This document shows positions 38,289-51,100 of a DNA stretch of 64,000 nucleotides, piece by piece. Position 1 is the first letter of the stretch. Every line of letters starts with the position of its first letter. This DNA is from Vicugna vicugna (lineage: Eukaryota): contig MU058198.1 in NCBI GenBank assembly GCA_013265495.1, positions 4,281,579-4,345,578 on the forward strand, given 5' to 3'. The notes beneath the pieces are model-generated. The model was given only the letters and a program-made list of their open reading frames with translations, was not told where the DNA came from and ran no database searches. The position numbers and the translations under genes were made by a program.

Positions 38289-38445
38289 CTCTCCTTCTTC
38301 ACCAGGTCTCCTTCCATCACCGCCATGCTGGCCGGCCGCTTCCTCTCCAGGGTCCCGGAGTCAGAGTCATTTCCAGTGTGAGACGAGTGATTGGAATTGG
38401 GGGTGGCGAGAGGTACAAATGCTTCCGATACGTTAAACTCCACCT
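38289..38445 (-). CDS. ARHGAP17: ARHGAP17 exon 16 (157 nt) EVEFNVSEAF...GDLVKKE
   Basis: ggcAG|AG ... AGAG|GTgtgt. Confidence 0.95.
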
Positions 38446-39542
38446 CTGCCAGAAGGAAAAGAAACAAGTGTATATGAGACACGGAGCACAGGGGCTGAGA
38501 GAGGCTGGAAACACCCAGTGGAATAGGAGCCTCATTCTGCCGTCCACCAGCCCTCACTGCTTCACAAGTGGAAGCCCCAGGCACGCGCATCTTCTTAAGG
38601 ACGGTTTCTCAAACTAAGAAAACTAGAGATACGGGAGGGGGGATGACTCAGAATATAAGTTACATAACTCCCCTGCTTTCTTCTGTGTTAAAAAAAAATC
38701 ATGGACTACAGAAAAGGACCATGAGCTCAGGTTATCTGAATCGTTAAAAAAAAGTAAAAAGAAATTCACAGCTGGATGTTAAATAAAAATAAAGGGTAAC
38801 ATTAACTCCATACTGCCGGGGCAGTTTTCGAAGACTCGTTTTCTCAAAGGAAATCTTGGGCAGAGCACCAAAATTAACTCATCTATCCAACACTGACCGC
38901 ACAAACTTACATGAGTGGGGAGACTCCTGATCAGGGAGTCGATGGTGATGAAGAGATGTGCACGCCCAGGCCCCACAGAGCTCACACGCAGAGGATGTGA
39001 CAGCAGGGCTGCTCTGGGCAAAGCAGGGGTGGGAGGTCCAGACTCCCAACACTTGTCCAATCAGGACCTCCAAAGGAGGGCCATGGGACCTCTGAGGACC
39101 CCTGCATATCTGATGTCCCTTCTCTAAAGCAATCCCTGGCTCTCTGCACCCAGCATCTGAGTTTGTCAAGTCATTCTCCATCCACCCTCCTTCTGATTTT
39201 CTATGTATTACAGTTTCTCTGATTAGGAGGCCTCCTTCTCCAGGGGCCAAGTTCCTCCAGGGAAGACAGTATGTCTAACCCGCAAACACATGGCACCTAG
39301 TGAATAGTCCATATACACTCGCTGAACAATGGAAGCTCTGTTGAGTGAAACAAAATGAAATACACAATAATGTGGCTCCTATTATGTCAAAATATGAATG
39401 CACATAGTCTAAAAAGAATCATGAAAAAGTGAAACCAATTCTGGCACCATGAAGGGATTACTGATGTATCTGCTTTGTAAAAAGACTTTTAAAACTATTT
39501 TTCTCTTGCTCTGGGAGTCAGTGAGCTTGGAGAGGAAGTTAC

Positions 39543-39634
39543 CTTCGGGGAAGAACCAGTTGGCGTGCTGAATGATGGGTTCAATGACCGCAACCACGTG
39601 GACGGACGTGGCTGCCGCCATTTCGGCCAGTGTT
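39543..39634 (-). CDS. ARHGAP17: ARHGAP17 exon 15 (92 nt) TLAEMAAATSVHVVAVIEPIIQHANWFFPE, end of the RhoGAP domain
   Basis: tgcAG|A ... GAAG|GTaact. Confidence 0.95.
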
Positions 39635-40110
39635 CTGCAAAGGAAGTTCACAGGGTTAACACACCTCCCCTAGGCAGCCTCTCATTTCTGTAGGTTGAGT
39701 CACAGCAATTTATTTTGATTTATTTTTAAAGGATAAAATAGTGAAGTGCTGATGCAGAAGTTAAATCCACAAGGCGCTGGCCTCTGGGTGTGGCAGGGAT
39801 CACCCAGCAAGAAGAGTTACCCCGACCTGGCTGCACTCTACCCCTGGAGCGATACTTTCCGCCCAAGGCAGAAAGATTTTGATTCAGAAAGTCCCTGCTC
39901 TTTTATCATGGAAACTTGAACCACTCATGATTTTATAAAGCTGACTGGCAGTGATGGGAGGCAGGGAAGGGAGGCGGAGGTTAAGGACAGGCTGTGGTCT
40001 CCACCGCTGCCCTGCTGTGTGACCTTCAGCAAATGATTTGTCCTTTCTCAGCCTGCACATCCTCATCTGTAACAATGAGGACAAAAGTACCTACTTCAAA
40101 AGGTTATCTT

Positions 40111-40265
40111 TGGGGGGTAGTTGGGTCTATCTCAGGGGTGGAGTGTGTGCTTAGCACGCACGAGGTCCTGGGTTCCATCCTCAGTACTTCCGTCAAAAAT
40201 AAATAAATAAACCTAATTCCCTACCCCCTTCAAAAAATAAAATAAAAATAAAGTAAATAAATCTA
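40111..40265 (+). mobile_element. Camelid-type SINE
   Basis: GAGTGTGTGCTTAGCACGCACGAGGTCCTGGGTTCCATCC; AAAAGGTTAT on both flanks. Confidence 0.8.
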
Positions 40266-41039
40266 TGTATATTGAAAAAGGTTATTTGTGAGACCATCAT
40301 AAGGCCACCAGAGTGGACATCAATGTGTGATTTCCCACGAGCTTTCTAGCTGACCTCCCCGATCCCTCGGCTTTAGTCAATCTACAATTCTCAGTTTCAA
40401 AAATTTCTCTCTCTAAATGCAATTTGATCAAGTCATTCTTCTGCTGAGAAATCTTGCTGCCTCCCCTACCCACAACCGTGATCCATCAACTAAGGCCAAA
40501 CATCTCAGCAAGAAATATGAGATCTTTCATCACCTGGCTGTGGCCTCATAAACCTTGGCCACAGTCTCACGTGCCCTGTGCTCAAGTTATACGAGACCAC
40601 GTGACACGCCCTAAACACAGAGACCAGGCCCTTTCTCGGCCACCATGCCGTGACTCATTCAGATCCCATCTACAGGAAAGCATTCATCCATCAATAGCTA
40701 AAGTGCCACTGCCTACGCAGAGCTCTCCCCGAACTTCTCAGCCTATGTCATGTTCCTCCAACAAGGATCACCGTCCTCTTCCTTTATAATGTCTGTGATA
40801 CACAGACGTGCAGCCGTTTATCTGCCTGACTGCCCAAGAATGGGGCCCTCTGAGGACCGGGACAATGTCTCTACACCTTGTGTGACCAGCCTCTGGGACA
40901 GGACCCAGCCCACAGCAGTGTCCCGAGAAAGTCGGCGAAATGGGAAGATCAACTTCAAGGCTGAGTTCTATGTCTGTTCTTCCTATCAAGTGGGAAAGGA
41001 AGACATTAAAACGACAGGATATGGGGAAAGATTACTCAC

Positions 41040-41153
41040 CCTTCATTTTTGGCCCATAACAAGTTAGGGCCCAACACGATTGCAATGTTGCTGGGGGTCA
41101 TTTTATTAATGTCGCTGGTCTGGGCGAGCTTCGCAAGGAACTTGATTAAATAC
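41040..41153 (-). CDS. ARHGAP17: ARHGAP17 exon 14 (114 nt) YLIKFLAKLAQTSDINKMTPSNIAIVLGPNLLWAKNEG
   Basis: tgtAG|G ... AAGG|GTgagt; RhoGAP NKMxxxNxAxxxGPNL motif. Confidence 0.96.
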
Positions 41154-42964
41154 CTACAGAGCAAGAGAGAAGGGGAAAAGCACCTACTCTGAAATATCTG
41201 GAGGCACTGTACCTTTCCGCCCGGGGGCTCAGTCCCGGATCGCTCAGGGGCCAATCACAGAGTGTGACTATGTCAGCATCTGGCTCAGACCAAGTGTTTT
41301 ACAGGTTCCTTGAGTTCTTGGTTCCGAAAACTGTTTAGGGCTTGGAAGGGGAAAACAGCTCAAATGGAAGGCTCAATGATTCCATCTCTGTAGGCTGTGT
41401 ATTTCTAATCCATTTCTCCTTGATGCCCTATCTACCTGCCCCGAAACAGACTATAATATGATTAACAGTAGGATCAGTGTTTTTAATATAAACATAATTA
41501 AAAAAAAAAGAAATATAAGTATATTGCTTAAAGAAAACTGTATTTGAAAATGCTTGAGGCTGTAATTATGAAAATTTCCTATTTATCATATGGATATACT
41601 CTTTTTTTGTACAAGAATGGCACTATAAAAGCAAAAAAATTAAGAACAACCCAACCATCTATCAGTAGGGTGCTGATTAAGTAAATTACAGTATATCCAT
41701 ACAGTGGAGTACTATGCAGCCACAAAAAGTTACTACATACTGACACAGACAAATCTCCAGCATGTATATTGAGCAAAGAAGGCAAGGAGGAGAATGATGT
41801 ATATAAAATACACAGCCACTTGGTTTAAAAAAATAAGTGACAGGTGTAAGAGAAAGAACTGTTTGTACATATGTATGTGTATATATATCTGATTATATAG
41901 GCATCAACTTTTGCTGAGAGGATATATAAGAAACTGAAAACATTGACTGTGTCTCGGGAGAGCAAGCAGCTGGCTGGGAGAGAAGAAGAGAGGGCTTTTC
42001 CCACTGTGTACCTTTTGGATTTTGAACCACAGGAATGTACTCCCTGTTCAAAAAACAATTAGTAAAGATCATGATGAGCAAATGAAACAAAATAAAAGGC
42101 CAAATCCCAAAGGACCAAGAACTGTAATTCAGTTTCTTCATTAGACATCAAACAGAGTAAGAGCATCTGCAGTTCTGAGCTGGCTGTGTTAACTAAGTTG
42201 ATGAGGGATGCTGTAAACGTCAAGGCAAGGCTGATACTTAAGACGTTAAAAGAAAATACTTTGTGTAGCTTAGCGATAGAATCCAAGACTGAAATTAAAG
42301 AGCAGGTAGCATACCAGAAATTTCACTGGTAAAGTATCTGTCATTTCGGACCAAATCCTCTTACAGCATTTCCTTTGGTCTTAAATGACTTTATTACCTG
42401 GGGCTACCTTTTACCCTTCTCTCTGTACTGCTCCGCGGTTACATTTTAAGTCAAAGTGAAAACAGAGGTTAAGTTCTAGAATTTATTCCACGGTAAATTT
42501 CCTTAGAAAGATAGTCACTCTATAAAATAACATATAATCTCCAGTTCTTGAAAGTGTTTGTAGCAGGATGATTTGTGCTCTGCTTAGGATAAATCTTGTA
42601 GCACATATGAAACATGTTATAAAAAGTACAACTATTGTTTAATTTTTGCTTTTTAGATACTGGATAATTTAGACCCCAAATCCAACATACCATCAATCAA
42701 ACTTTTCACCAGAACTTTTTCCCCAGTAGCTGCAGTGGTAAGATGATCAAGTGACTTACCTATTAATGCCAGGCGTGATGCGGGGGCTTCAGATGCATCA
42801 CAGTGATTTGCATCAAACCCCATCCCTGCAACCCCCAGTTACTCTCCAAAGCATTATTTTTTGCTGTGCCAAACATGCTTGGATTAAATGCTCCCTCTGT
42901 TGCAGACTAAAACGTTCTTCACCATCCTTGGTGGCTTAATTTACAGAATGCCAATCCTACATAC

Positions 42965-43045
42965 CTAAAGTTAACAAAATTTTGTGGTGGCAACTTCTGA
43001 CAGGTTCTCCACAAATCTTGAAGTTTTTTGTCTTGATCCTGCACA
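42965..43045 (-). CDS. ARHGAP17: ARHGAP17 exon 13 (81 nt) VQDQDKKLQDLWRTCQKLPPQNFVNFR
   Basis: ctcAG|T ... TTAG|GTatgt. Confidence 0.95.
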
Positions 43046-44826
43046 CTGAGACAAAAAAAAAGTGTATTCACAACCATGTATGAATACTCATGTTCGGAAT
43101 CCCTGTATTAATACTTCATCATTAACAGCAATGCTTCACTGACAGAGAAAGCACGGTTGGAAAACACAGATTTTGGAAAGAAGCAAATTTGGAGTCAAAT
43201 ACTAATGAACAAATGAACATCCGCTGAGCAGCTAGTCAACCTCAGTCTCCTGATGGGCCAAAGTGGGGATAAGAACATTAATTCTGCCAAGCAACTGTGA
43301 CATTTCAGAGGTATAACCGTACGAAACCTGCTAGACCACTGCTTGGCACTCAGGAGACATTCACCACTGAAACTTCTGTTGAGAAAACATGTATATTCGT
43401 GTACGACTTCACGGAGCCCAGATCTCCTGTCTTCAGTGCAGCCCAGGCACAGATGAACGGGCCAAGCTCCCAGGTACCCAGACCCCCAGCTCTCTCCCGG
43501 CGCTCAATTCTGCTCAAAGGCTCTGGGCCAAGCAGCCCTTTTCTGTTGTGAAGCAATTGCAGGAGCTGTTCTGCTAGAGAATTTCAATGTGCAAGCTCTC
43601 ACAGATGCAGAAAGGGCCAGATCAGAGCCTGCAGAGCAGAGTCAACTCTGCCCATCCGTGGGAGAGAGCGTGAGAAGTTGCCCACACAACAAACCTTTGG
43701 ACTTAAAATACCCTCCCCAACTGAACCAGTCTGGAAAGTTACAGGCAGGGGTTCAACATAATTATACTTCAGAGGCCAATTTGTCACCGGGTGGGGACTA
43801 TATTTCTCCAGCATAGAACCAACACACCAATAATGGACAACCTTTTCTAACAGCTTATTTCCTCTTAGGGACGAGCTTGGGAGTCTCAGAACAGACAGAA
43901 GAGTCAAGGCTTAGGAGGAGTGGAGAAGCCTTCCTAATAAGACCCCAGAACCCCGCAACCTGACGCTGATCAGTGGGTCCCATTTATCCAGCCCTCCTAC
44001 AGACGGGTAATTATAGCAGGCTGGGCTCCCAAGGACACAACTGATTTAAAAAATCCCCACCATCTACGCTCCTTCCACAGCTACAGAGAAAAGCTCAAAT
44101 GCCTGGTTAAAGTGATGGGGGACGGACTCACACCTCACCGAGGTATAACTCATCACAGCACACAGCTGATTTCTCATCACGGCCCGTTTGATGGGAAGGG
44201 GTGACAGTGTCTGAAGATGAGGAATGGTTAGGACAGGAGGTGAGATTTGCTCCTCTTTCCTTATGGGTGGGGAATTAGGCACCTCTTAGAGGAAGCCAGT
44301 CAGAATCGGGAGGGACAAGTTAACAAGGAGGCGGGCTGGTTGGCTGGAGAGATGTCTTTAGAACTTTTTGCAACAAGGTTGTCTTGCTTAAAACCATCTC
44401 CTTCAAGACAGACCGAAGCTGGAAACGGAAGAGAAGGGATAAACCAGTGGGGCCTCAGGCTCTGGGGCAGACAGGTCTGGGTCTGAACTGCAGCTCCACC
44501 AATTACTTGCTGTTACCTTGACTCCATTCCTGCCTAAGCCCTGGTTTCCTCATCTGTAAAATGAGGATAATAACTTCTGCCTTTTATATCACTAGTTATG
44601 GGCATAAAGATCACGGCAGCAGTTGGCACACAGTAAATGCTCAGTAAGCACTACTGTTACTCATAATGTCAGTATTAAATTATTGCACAGCTGAGGTTCC
44701 CACACAGCTCAAAATATGCTATTTTAATGTTATTCTGTGATCCCTAAGAACAAGACAATTTACAAATGGGACAGAGTATCACATCTTTTCCTTCAACTTT
44801 TAAATCTTAGTGTTCTTAAAACTTAC

Positions 44827-44908
44827 CTGGCAACTTGTGTCCATTCTTCATATAGATTAAAAGTCATCAAAGGTTCAGGCAGTTCCCGTAAGTAGGACTT
44901 TAAAGCAC
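44827..44908 (-). CDS. ARHGAP17: ARHGAP17 exon 12 (82 nt) ALKSYLRELPEPLMTFNLYEEWTQVA
   Basis: ttcAG|GT ... CCAG|GTaagt; RhoGAP LKxYLRELPEPL motif. Confidence 0.96.
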
Positions 44909-45467
44909 CTGAAATGATTAAGACTCTCTTTGAGCATGACAAGGGGTGAGGCCAGGAATCTCAAGGCATTATTTGCAAACTGAAAAGATCTCAACTCTAA
45001 TGGTTTACAATGTACAGAACAAATCATGAACTGGTGGAGCGGTTGGAGAATGAAATACTCATAAACCAATTTCCATCCCTTGTAAAATGTATCGAGAGAT
45101 CAATAGAAAATGAAATTAGCTTCAAAGCCATCTTCTTAATAGACATCACTTCTCTAGGCAGATGGAGATTTGGGGCATAAAAGGGAAGAAAATACAAGCA
45201 TGCCTCCAAATATTTGGATGATAAGCTACCTTTCACCTTTACTTAATCAGGAAATCAAAACAAAACCCAAAAAACAGGGATGGAAAAGATATGTGCAGTG
45301 TAAGTGTACATACACACGCTTTTCAGTTTTATTTGTCATTTCGCTTTGGTCACTTAGACCTATAAGGAGACCACTGCAGTTTTATCTGTCACTTAAAGTT
45401 GCATCTTTAAGTGATGATTTGAGACAGGGTTCACCCACCACCTCCAGGGCGACAACTCACGGCTCAC

Positions 45468-45579
45468 CTGCTACAGCGTGGGGATCTGAGTAGAACTCAT
45501 CCAGGTGAGAAGTAGAACAGTCTAAAGCAGCTTTCAGTTTCTTTAATTTGGAGGCCCCAGCCCCAATTCGGAAAAGGCC
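45468..45579 (-). CDS. ARHGAP17: ARHGAP17 exon 11 (112 nt) GLFRIGAGASKLKKLKAALD...DPHAVA, containing the arginine finger
   Basis: ctcAG|GGC ... GCAG|GTgagc; GLFR catalytic motif. Confidence 0.96.
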
Positions 45580-46094
45580 CTGAGGACAGAAGCCATGAGC
45601 ATCAAGTTCAAGTTGTGAGCCTCACCCTGAACCAACGAACGAATGAACGGATGCACGAACGCAGTAACGATCTGCTGGAAGAGCCCTCTGCCCGCCCACC
45701 CCCAACCCCAGCACAGCTCTTCTAGGGGAGCCAGGATCGAGGAGGGCCTGGCTGCTTCCCTGGGCCGAGGGACAGGCAGAGAGCAGTCCGTTTTTAATCA
45801 GTGCTAGCTCGTGCCTTGTCCCATTGCTAAAATATTCCTGACTATTAGAAATCTATTGAGAAGCAATATTTTCTATTTCCACAGGATTCATTGCTATATA
45901 GCTTTTCTCAATTTAGGAATTTTTTTAAAAAGTGACATCTTGAGAAAAATTGTTAAGACTTGGCTACTGGTCACTTTCACTGCCCGAAATGTTACTTAGA
46001 GAAAAACAGATGAAAGGTCAACCAAGAGAGGTGGGCCTAGGAAGACACAGGACCAGGAGCTGTAAGATTTGGGTTTTAAGCAAAACTCATCTAG

Positions 46095-46335
46095 GCAGGG
46101 CTTCCCAGTCTCAACAGTACTGACATTCTGGGCCAGGTAATTCTTTGCTGTGAGGCTGTCCTGTGCACTGAAGGATGTTTAGAAGCATCCCTGGTGTCTA
46201 CTCCTTAGATATACAGTAGAAAGTCCTCCCCCCTGCCCCTAAGTTGTGACAATCAAAAATGTTTCCAAATGTCCAGGGGTGAGGGGTGGGGAGGGGATGG
46301 GGAAGGTGGTGAAACTGGCCCTGGGACGCACTAAT
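46095..46335. mobile_element. MER20-like hAT fossil
   Basis: TACTGACATTCTGGGCCAGGTAATTCTTTGCTGTGAGGCTGTCCTGTGCACTG...GTTGTGACAATCAAAAATGT. Confidence 0.7.
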
Positions 46336-47171
46336 GTAGACTATTAGGAGTTTGGGGCCACAATGACTTGGGTTGGGGTTGGGGCAGTGACTGGAAGGAA
46401 ATGCAAGGAAGGCTCCTGGGGTGGGGGGTTCTTGGTCTGAGTGCTGAGTACATGGGTGGGGTTCGGATGGTGAAAATGTATCAAGCTGGTCACTTATGAT
46501 ACACGCACTTTTCTGTACAGACCTTATACTTCAATAAAAAGTTTTTAAAAGGAAGAAAAAAAAAAGACTCATGTTTTGATCCTGGCTCTGCTCCAGCACA
46601 AATTCCCTGCGACCTGAATTCTTCATCTACACAGGGAGAGCAATGAGACCCACCCTGCTTGGTTCACGGGGTTTTCTGGGTAAGGATTTCATTTTAAGAA
46701 GTATATAAGTACCTGTCCCCCACCCCACTGTACAGCACTATGCAAATGTAAGATCCTTGCTATCAGACACGAAAGCTCCCAGCAGCTCTGGTTCACCAGC
46801 GCATCATAGAATTCACTTTCACAAATCACAACCAGTGTTTAACAGGAAACAAATGGGACAGAAGGAAAAAAAGGCAGCGTGTACTGCAGGTAGGCAAGGT
46901 AACCACTGTTCTCGGTTTCATTTATAGCGTCTACAATAGGGAAAACGGACGGGGACTCAGTGTAAAACATGATCACGGTGAACGCAGTCTGAGAGCCACG
47001 GGTCTACACAGCCCCGACGTGACGATGTGGTCTAGTCGGTGCTCGGGGCGGAGACGGGGCACAGACGGGGCACCAGGGCCAGCCCGCTGGCCGCCGCCTC
47101 CCCGCCCCTCTCCCATGTCCCTCCCCCTCCTTCTCAGCCCCGCCCCCTCGCTCCTCCTCCCCGCCCCTCAC

Positions 47172-47299
47172 CTCCTCCTTCATCCCGGTCTCCAGGAGCA
47201 GCATGACGCAGGCCTCGATGGGCAGCGCTATCTCGCGCCCGCTCCGCTTCAGGTGCTCTTCCAAAGGCGTCCCGAAGGCGGGCTTTTCCGCCCACTTAT
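47172..47299 (-). CDS. ARHGAP17: ARHGAP17 exon 10, downstream (second-transcribed) copy, 128 nt, DKWAEKPAFGTPLEEHLKRSGREIALPIEACVMLLLETGMKEE
   Basis: ctctAG|AT ... GGAG|GTgagg; identical to the copy at 47986-48113. Confidence 0.9.
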
Positions 47300-47985
47300 C
47301 TAGAGCAGCAAGCCATTCAGTAAGAGACTCCAGCCTTGCGGCATCACCAAGTTCCTTCTCCTCCAGACTACCAACAGGGATTTTTTTTTAAGCAGCCTGT
47401 AGCCGAGGCTTTGGGAAAATGGGAAACATCTGTTCTATCTGTTATTTATCATTAACGAGAGCGCAAAATATGTGCCAGGCTAGGGAGGTGACCTTTGGAG
47501 CAGAGCCCTGAAGAGGACCACAGTACCTGTCCCCCACCCCACTGTACAGCACTATGCAAATGTAAGATCCTTGCTATCAGACACGAAAGCTCCCAGCAGC
47601 TCTGGTTCACCAGCGCATCATAGAATTCACTTTCACAAATCACAACCAGTGTTTAACAGGAAACAAATGGGACAGAAGGAAAAAAAGGCAGCGTGTACTG
47701 CAGGTAGGCAAGGTAACCACTGTTCTCGGTTTCATTTATAGCGTCTACAATAGGGAAAACGGACGGGGACTCAGTGTAAAACATGATCACGGTGAACGCA
47801 GTCTGAGAGCCACGGGTCTACACAGCCCCGACGTGACGATGTGGTCTAGTCGGTGCTCGGGGCGGAGACGGGGCACAGACAGGGCACCAGGGCCAGCCCG
47901 CTGGCCGCCGCCTCCCCGCCCCTCCCCCATGTCCCTCCCCCTCCTTCTCAGCCCCGCCCCCTCGCTCCTCCTCCCCGCCCCTCAC

Positions 47986-48113
47986 CTCCTCCTTCATCCC
48001 GGTCTCCAGGAGCAGCATGACGCAGGCCTCGATGGGCAGCGCTATCTCGCGCCCGCTCCGCTTCAGGTGCTCTTCCAAAGGCGTCCCGAAGGCGGGCTTT
48101 TCCGCCCACTTAT
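47986..48113 (-). CDS. ARHGAP17: ARHGAP17 exon 10, upstream (first-transcribed) copy, 128 nt
   Basis: ctctAG|AT ... GGAG|GTgagg; phase 1-0; start of the RhoGAP domain (FGTPL). Confidence 0.9.
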
Positions 48114-51100
48114 CTAGAGCAGCAAGCCATTCAGTAAGAGACTCCAGCCTTGCGGCATCACCAAGTTCCTTCTCCTCCAGACTACCAACAGGGATTTTTT
48201 TTTTAAGCAGCCTGTAGCCGAGGCTTTGGGAAAATGGGAAACATCTGTTCTATCTGTTATTTATCATTAACGAGAGCGCAAAATATGTGCCAGGCTAGGG
48301 AGGTGACCTTTGGAGCAGAGCCCTGAACAGGCCCACATGCCCCCCCCCTCCCCCGCCGAAGCCCAGCAGGAGCTGCGATGGTGCTCTTGCCCCAGCATCA
48401 CTTCCGCATTAATCCCCGGCCAGGTGGGCTGCTTGGCGCTAAAACCGCGGTCCACCTGAGTGCGCTGCTTCCACTGAAAAATTCACCCTAGCCATGCAAA
48501 GCAGCACTGGCTTTCTACCTAGAGGACAAGAAATCGACTCCTTCAATTAGAAAAAGAAATAATTTCTTAAAAATTTTAAACACCAGCCAAGCATTGTCAC
48601 ACAGGACCATGGAGATGGCCAAGTGAGCTCTTACTAAAAGCAACATCTCCAGTGTTTCCGAGCCCCGTATCCCCAAATGGTCCAAAAGAGCCTGAGTAGG
48701 AGAGGATGCAGCCCCAATGCAGCTTAGGCTGAAGGCTGGACCGACGCAGTAAAGCAATACTGTGCATGACTTTCCCATCATACGCTCTGCTTCGTCCCAC
48801 AAAGGATTTGAGGCAGCTCAGCAGAAAGACACACAGGAAAGCAGTAAAACAGAAACAGGAATTTAGGAAATGGATGTACGGAATCACAGTAAGAAGTGTA
48901 TGGTTGGGCTCGGCCTGCCTGGGTGGGTGTGGGGACCTGGCACCTGCTGAGAAGCACACAGGAGCCAAAGAGGGAAACCGGTCAGTGGAAGTGCTCCCCT
49001 GGTGACACCTGGTCCTTTCCAGCGACAGGAAGGGCTCGTGTCTTCAGCACCGCTGTTGGTGGACACGTGTCCTTCAGCCACTTCGCTATCTGAATCCCGG
49101 ATTTGAAGTAGGAGTTGCTGTCCTAGCATGTCCTCTGACACTGACATGCACGTAACAGCAGGCAGGGCCGTCACTGGACCAGCACAGGGGGCAGGAAGGG
49201 ACGTGAAGTCCTACAGATCCGCAGACAAGGGCGCTTGCGAGAAGTCAGAAATTGGCAGGAGGAGTAAGTTGGGTAAAGGGTAAAGAAAGGGGTGAGAGGG
49301 CAGGAGGCAGCGGACAGATCATGCCCTCAGAGCTATCGGGAGGCCCCTCATCTCCAGCCTCGGCCCTGGCCCTGGTCAGTGGAATTCCTAACAGAAAAAG
49401 CATCCAGGGCCTGGCTCTTCCAGGAAGACAGAGCTCTGGGACTCTGGGTCCTCTCACAGGCCAGATCTTACCATGAATATTTTGTCCCTTTTATCTAAAG
49501 CAATGATTCTCCACACAGGCAGAAAAGGGCCAGCTGACCCTTCCCCGGGTGGGGGGATACTTCAGAATCACTCGAGGGAGCTCTGCAAATGACACCTGCC
49601 ATCACCTCCACATGCCCGGCCCTGCAATGCTGAGAGGTAGGTGCCCTCCAGACCTCTGCTGGAACTTTCTAGTAAACACTGAAAAGTGCGTCCCACCCCC
49701 CCACCTTAGTGTGATGTTGGCGGAGGGTGGATGTGAGAGCTGCTGACCTCAAGACCACTCTGGAGGCAAACCTCTTAAACAACAGACCAGGCCCTGCAGT
49801 GGGCACCCAAAGTTCACAGAGACCTCTCCCACCTCAGGATGAGAGCCATCTAATTGTGGAGAAAATACAAGACACACATGTAAACACACAACAGTAATTA
49901 ACAGGACATGACATGTCTGCAAAATCATGGCAGGAAAATGGTATAGACGAGGGTCGCAAACTCAGTCGTGTGCAGGGGCCGCACGGCCCCGCAAGTGCCG
50001 GATCCGGGAAGGGAGCGCGTGGTCTGCCGAAAAGGCAGCAGCTGCTCCCGGGGCCAGATCCATGTCGCCGGGTAGGAAAGCACATCCAGCGTCACCAGAT
50101 CTTCTGAATTTTCAAGAGAAGCCGGGAATTAGGACTGTTATGTGAAAGAGTCTGGTTTTTAAATCATGGCAATTCGTTGGGAAAAAAAAAATTTTTTTTA
50201 AATGAGATATGGCTGTTTGCGACTTCTGGTGTAGACCATCCACGCTACGGCAATTCAGGAGATGAAAGTGTTCACTGTTGGCTTCAGTTGTCAGAGAAGG
50301 CTTCTCAAAGGAGGGGAGCTTGGCGAAGGTCTTAGAAGATGGACAAGAATTAAAAAGTCCAAGAACACGTAGGCTGAGAAAAGACCAGGGACCCTGAGTC
50401 TGAAAATTTACACTTTATCCCACAGCTCATATACAAGGCGACAGGTCATGGAATCGAGTGGGATGGTGGGGGTGAGAGGAAGGTACAGCAGACGGAAAAA
50501 TGGACAGAACCCAGCGAGAGGGGATCAGAGAGGAAGGAAAAGATGGCTCCAAGTTTGAAACCTGGATTGTCTGGAGAAAGGAGGGACCCAGGAGACAGGG
50601 CGGGAGGAGAGGACAGCGGGGGTGGGGGAGAGTCAGCTTGCTACATTGAGTTTAAGGTGACAGTTCTCAAAGGGAACTGACACGGAGGCTGTGAAGATTA
50701 GGATGCAGGTGAGAGGTGAAGCCATCAAAACAGAGGGATTTTGAGAGAAAATGTCTGGGAGGGAGGGAGCGAGGGAGAGAACACAGAAGCAAGGTCTGGA
50801 TCGCAGAAAAGGCTTGACTCCCGGGGACAGAAATGGAGAAAACAGAGCCCCAGCAATGACGGAAAACAATCAAGTGAAATGAGGGGAAAAAATTAGCAAG
50901 GAAGGGACGGCTCTGGCCACATCACATCCAAGAATCCGACAACTCAGAATCATCTGTCCATAGGGGACTTGCAGTGGTTTTTTTTTTGTTTGTTTGTTTG
51001 TTTTTAAGAGCAGAGTGATTGGGAGTAGAAACCAGACTGCAAGGTGTTATGGGTGGGAAGGTGGTTAGAAAACAGAGGCGGCCGGGAGAAATCGGTCATT

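Larger units (their letters stand above)
46708..48337. repeat. Direct tandem duplication, unit ~814 bp (46708-47521 and 47522-48337), containing ARHGAP17 exon 10
   Basis: AGTACCTGTCCCCCACCCC starts at 46708 and again at 47522; the ORF track shows paired near-identical ORFs offset by 814 nt. Confidence 0.98.

Noticed and set aside
46708..48337. Paralogous gene, pseudogene or LTR pair as an explanation of the repeat
   Set aside because: The copies are directly adjacent with no internal region, TG..CA ends or TSD, and only one exon plus intron flanks is duplicated.
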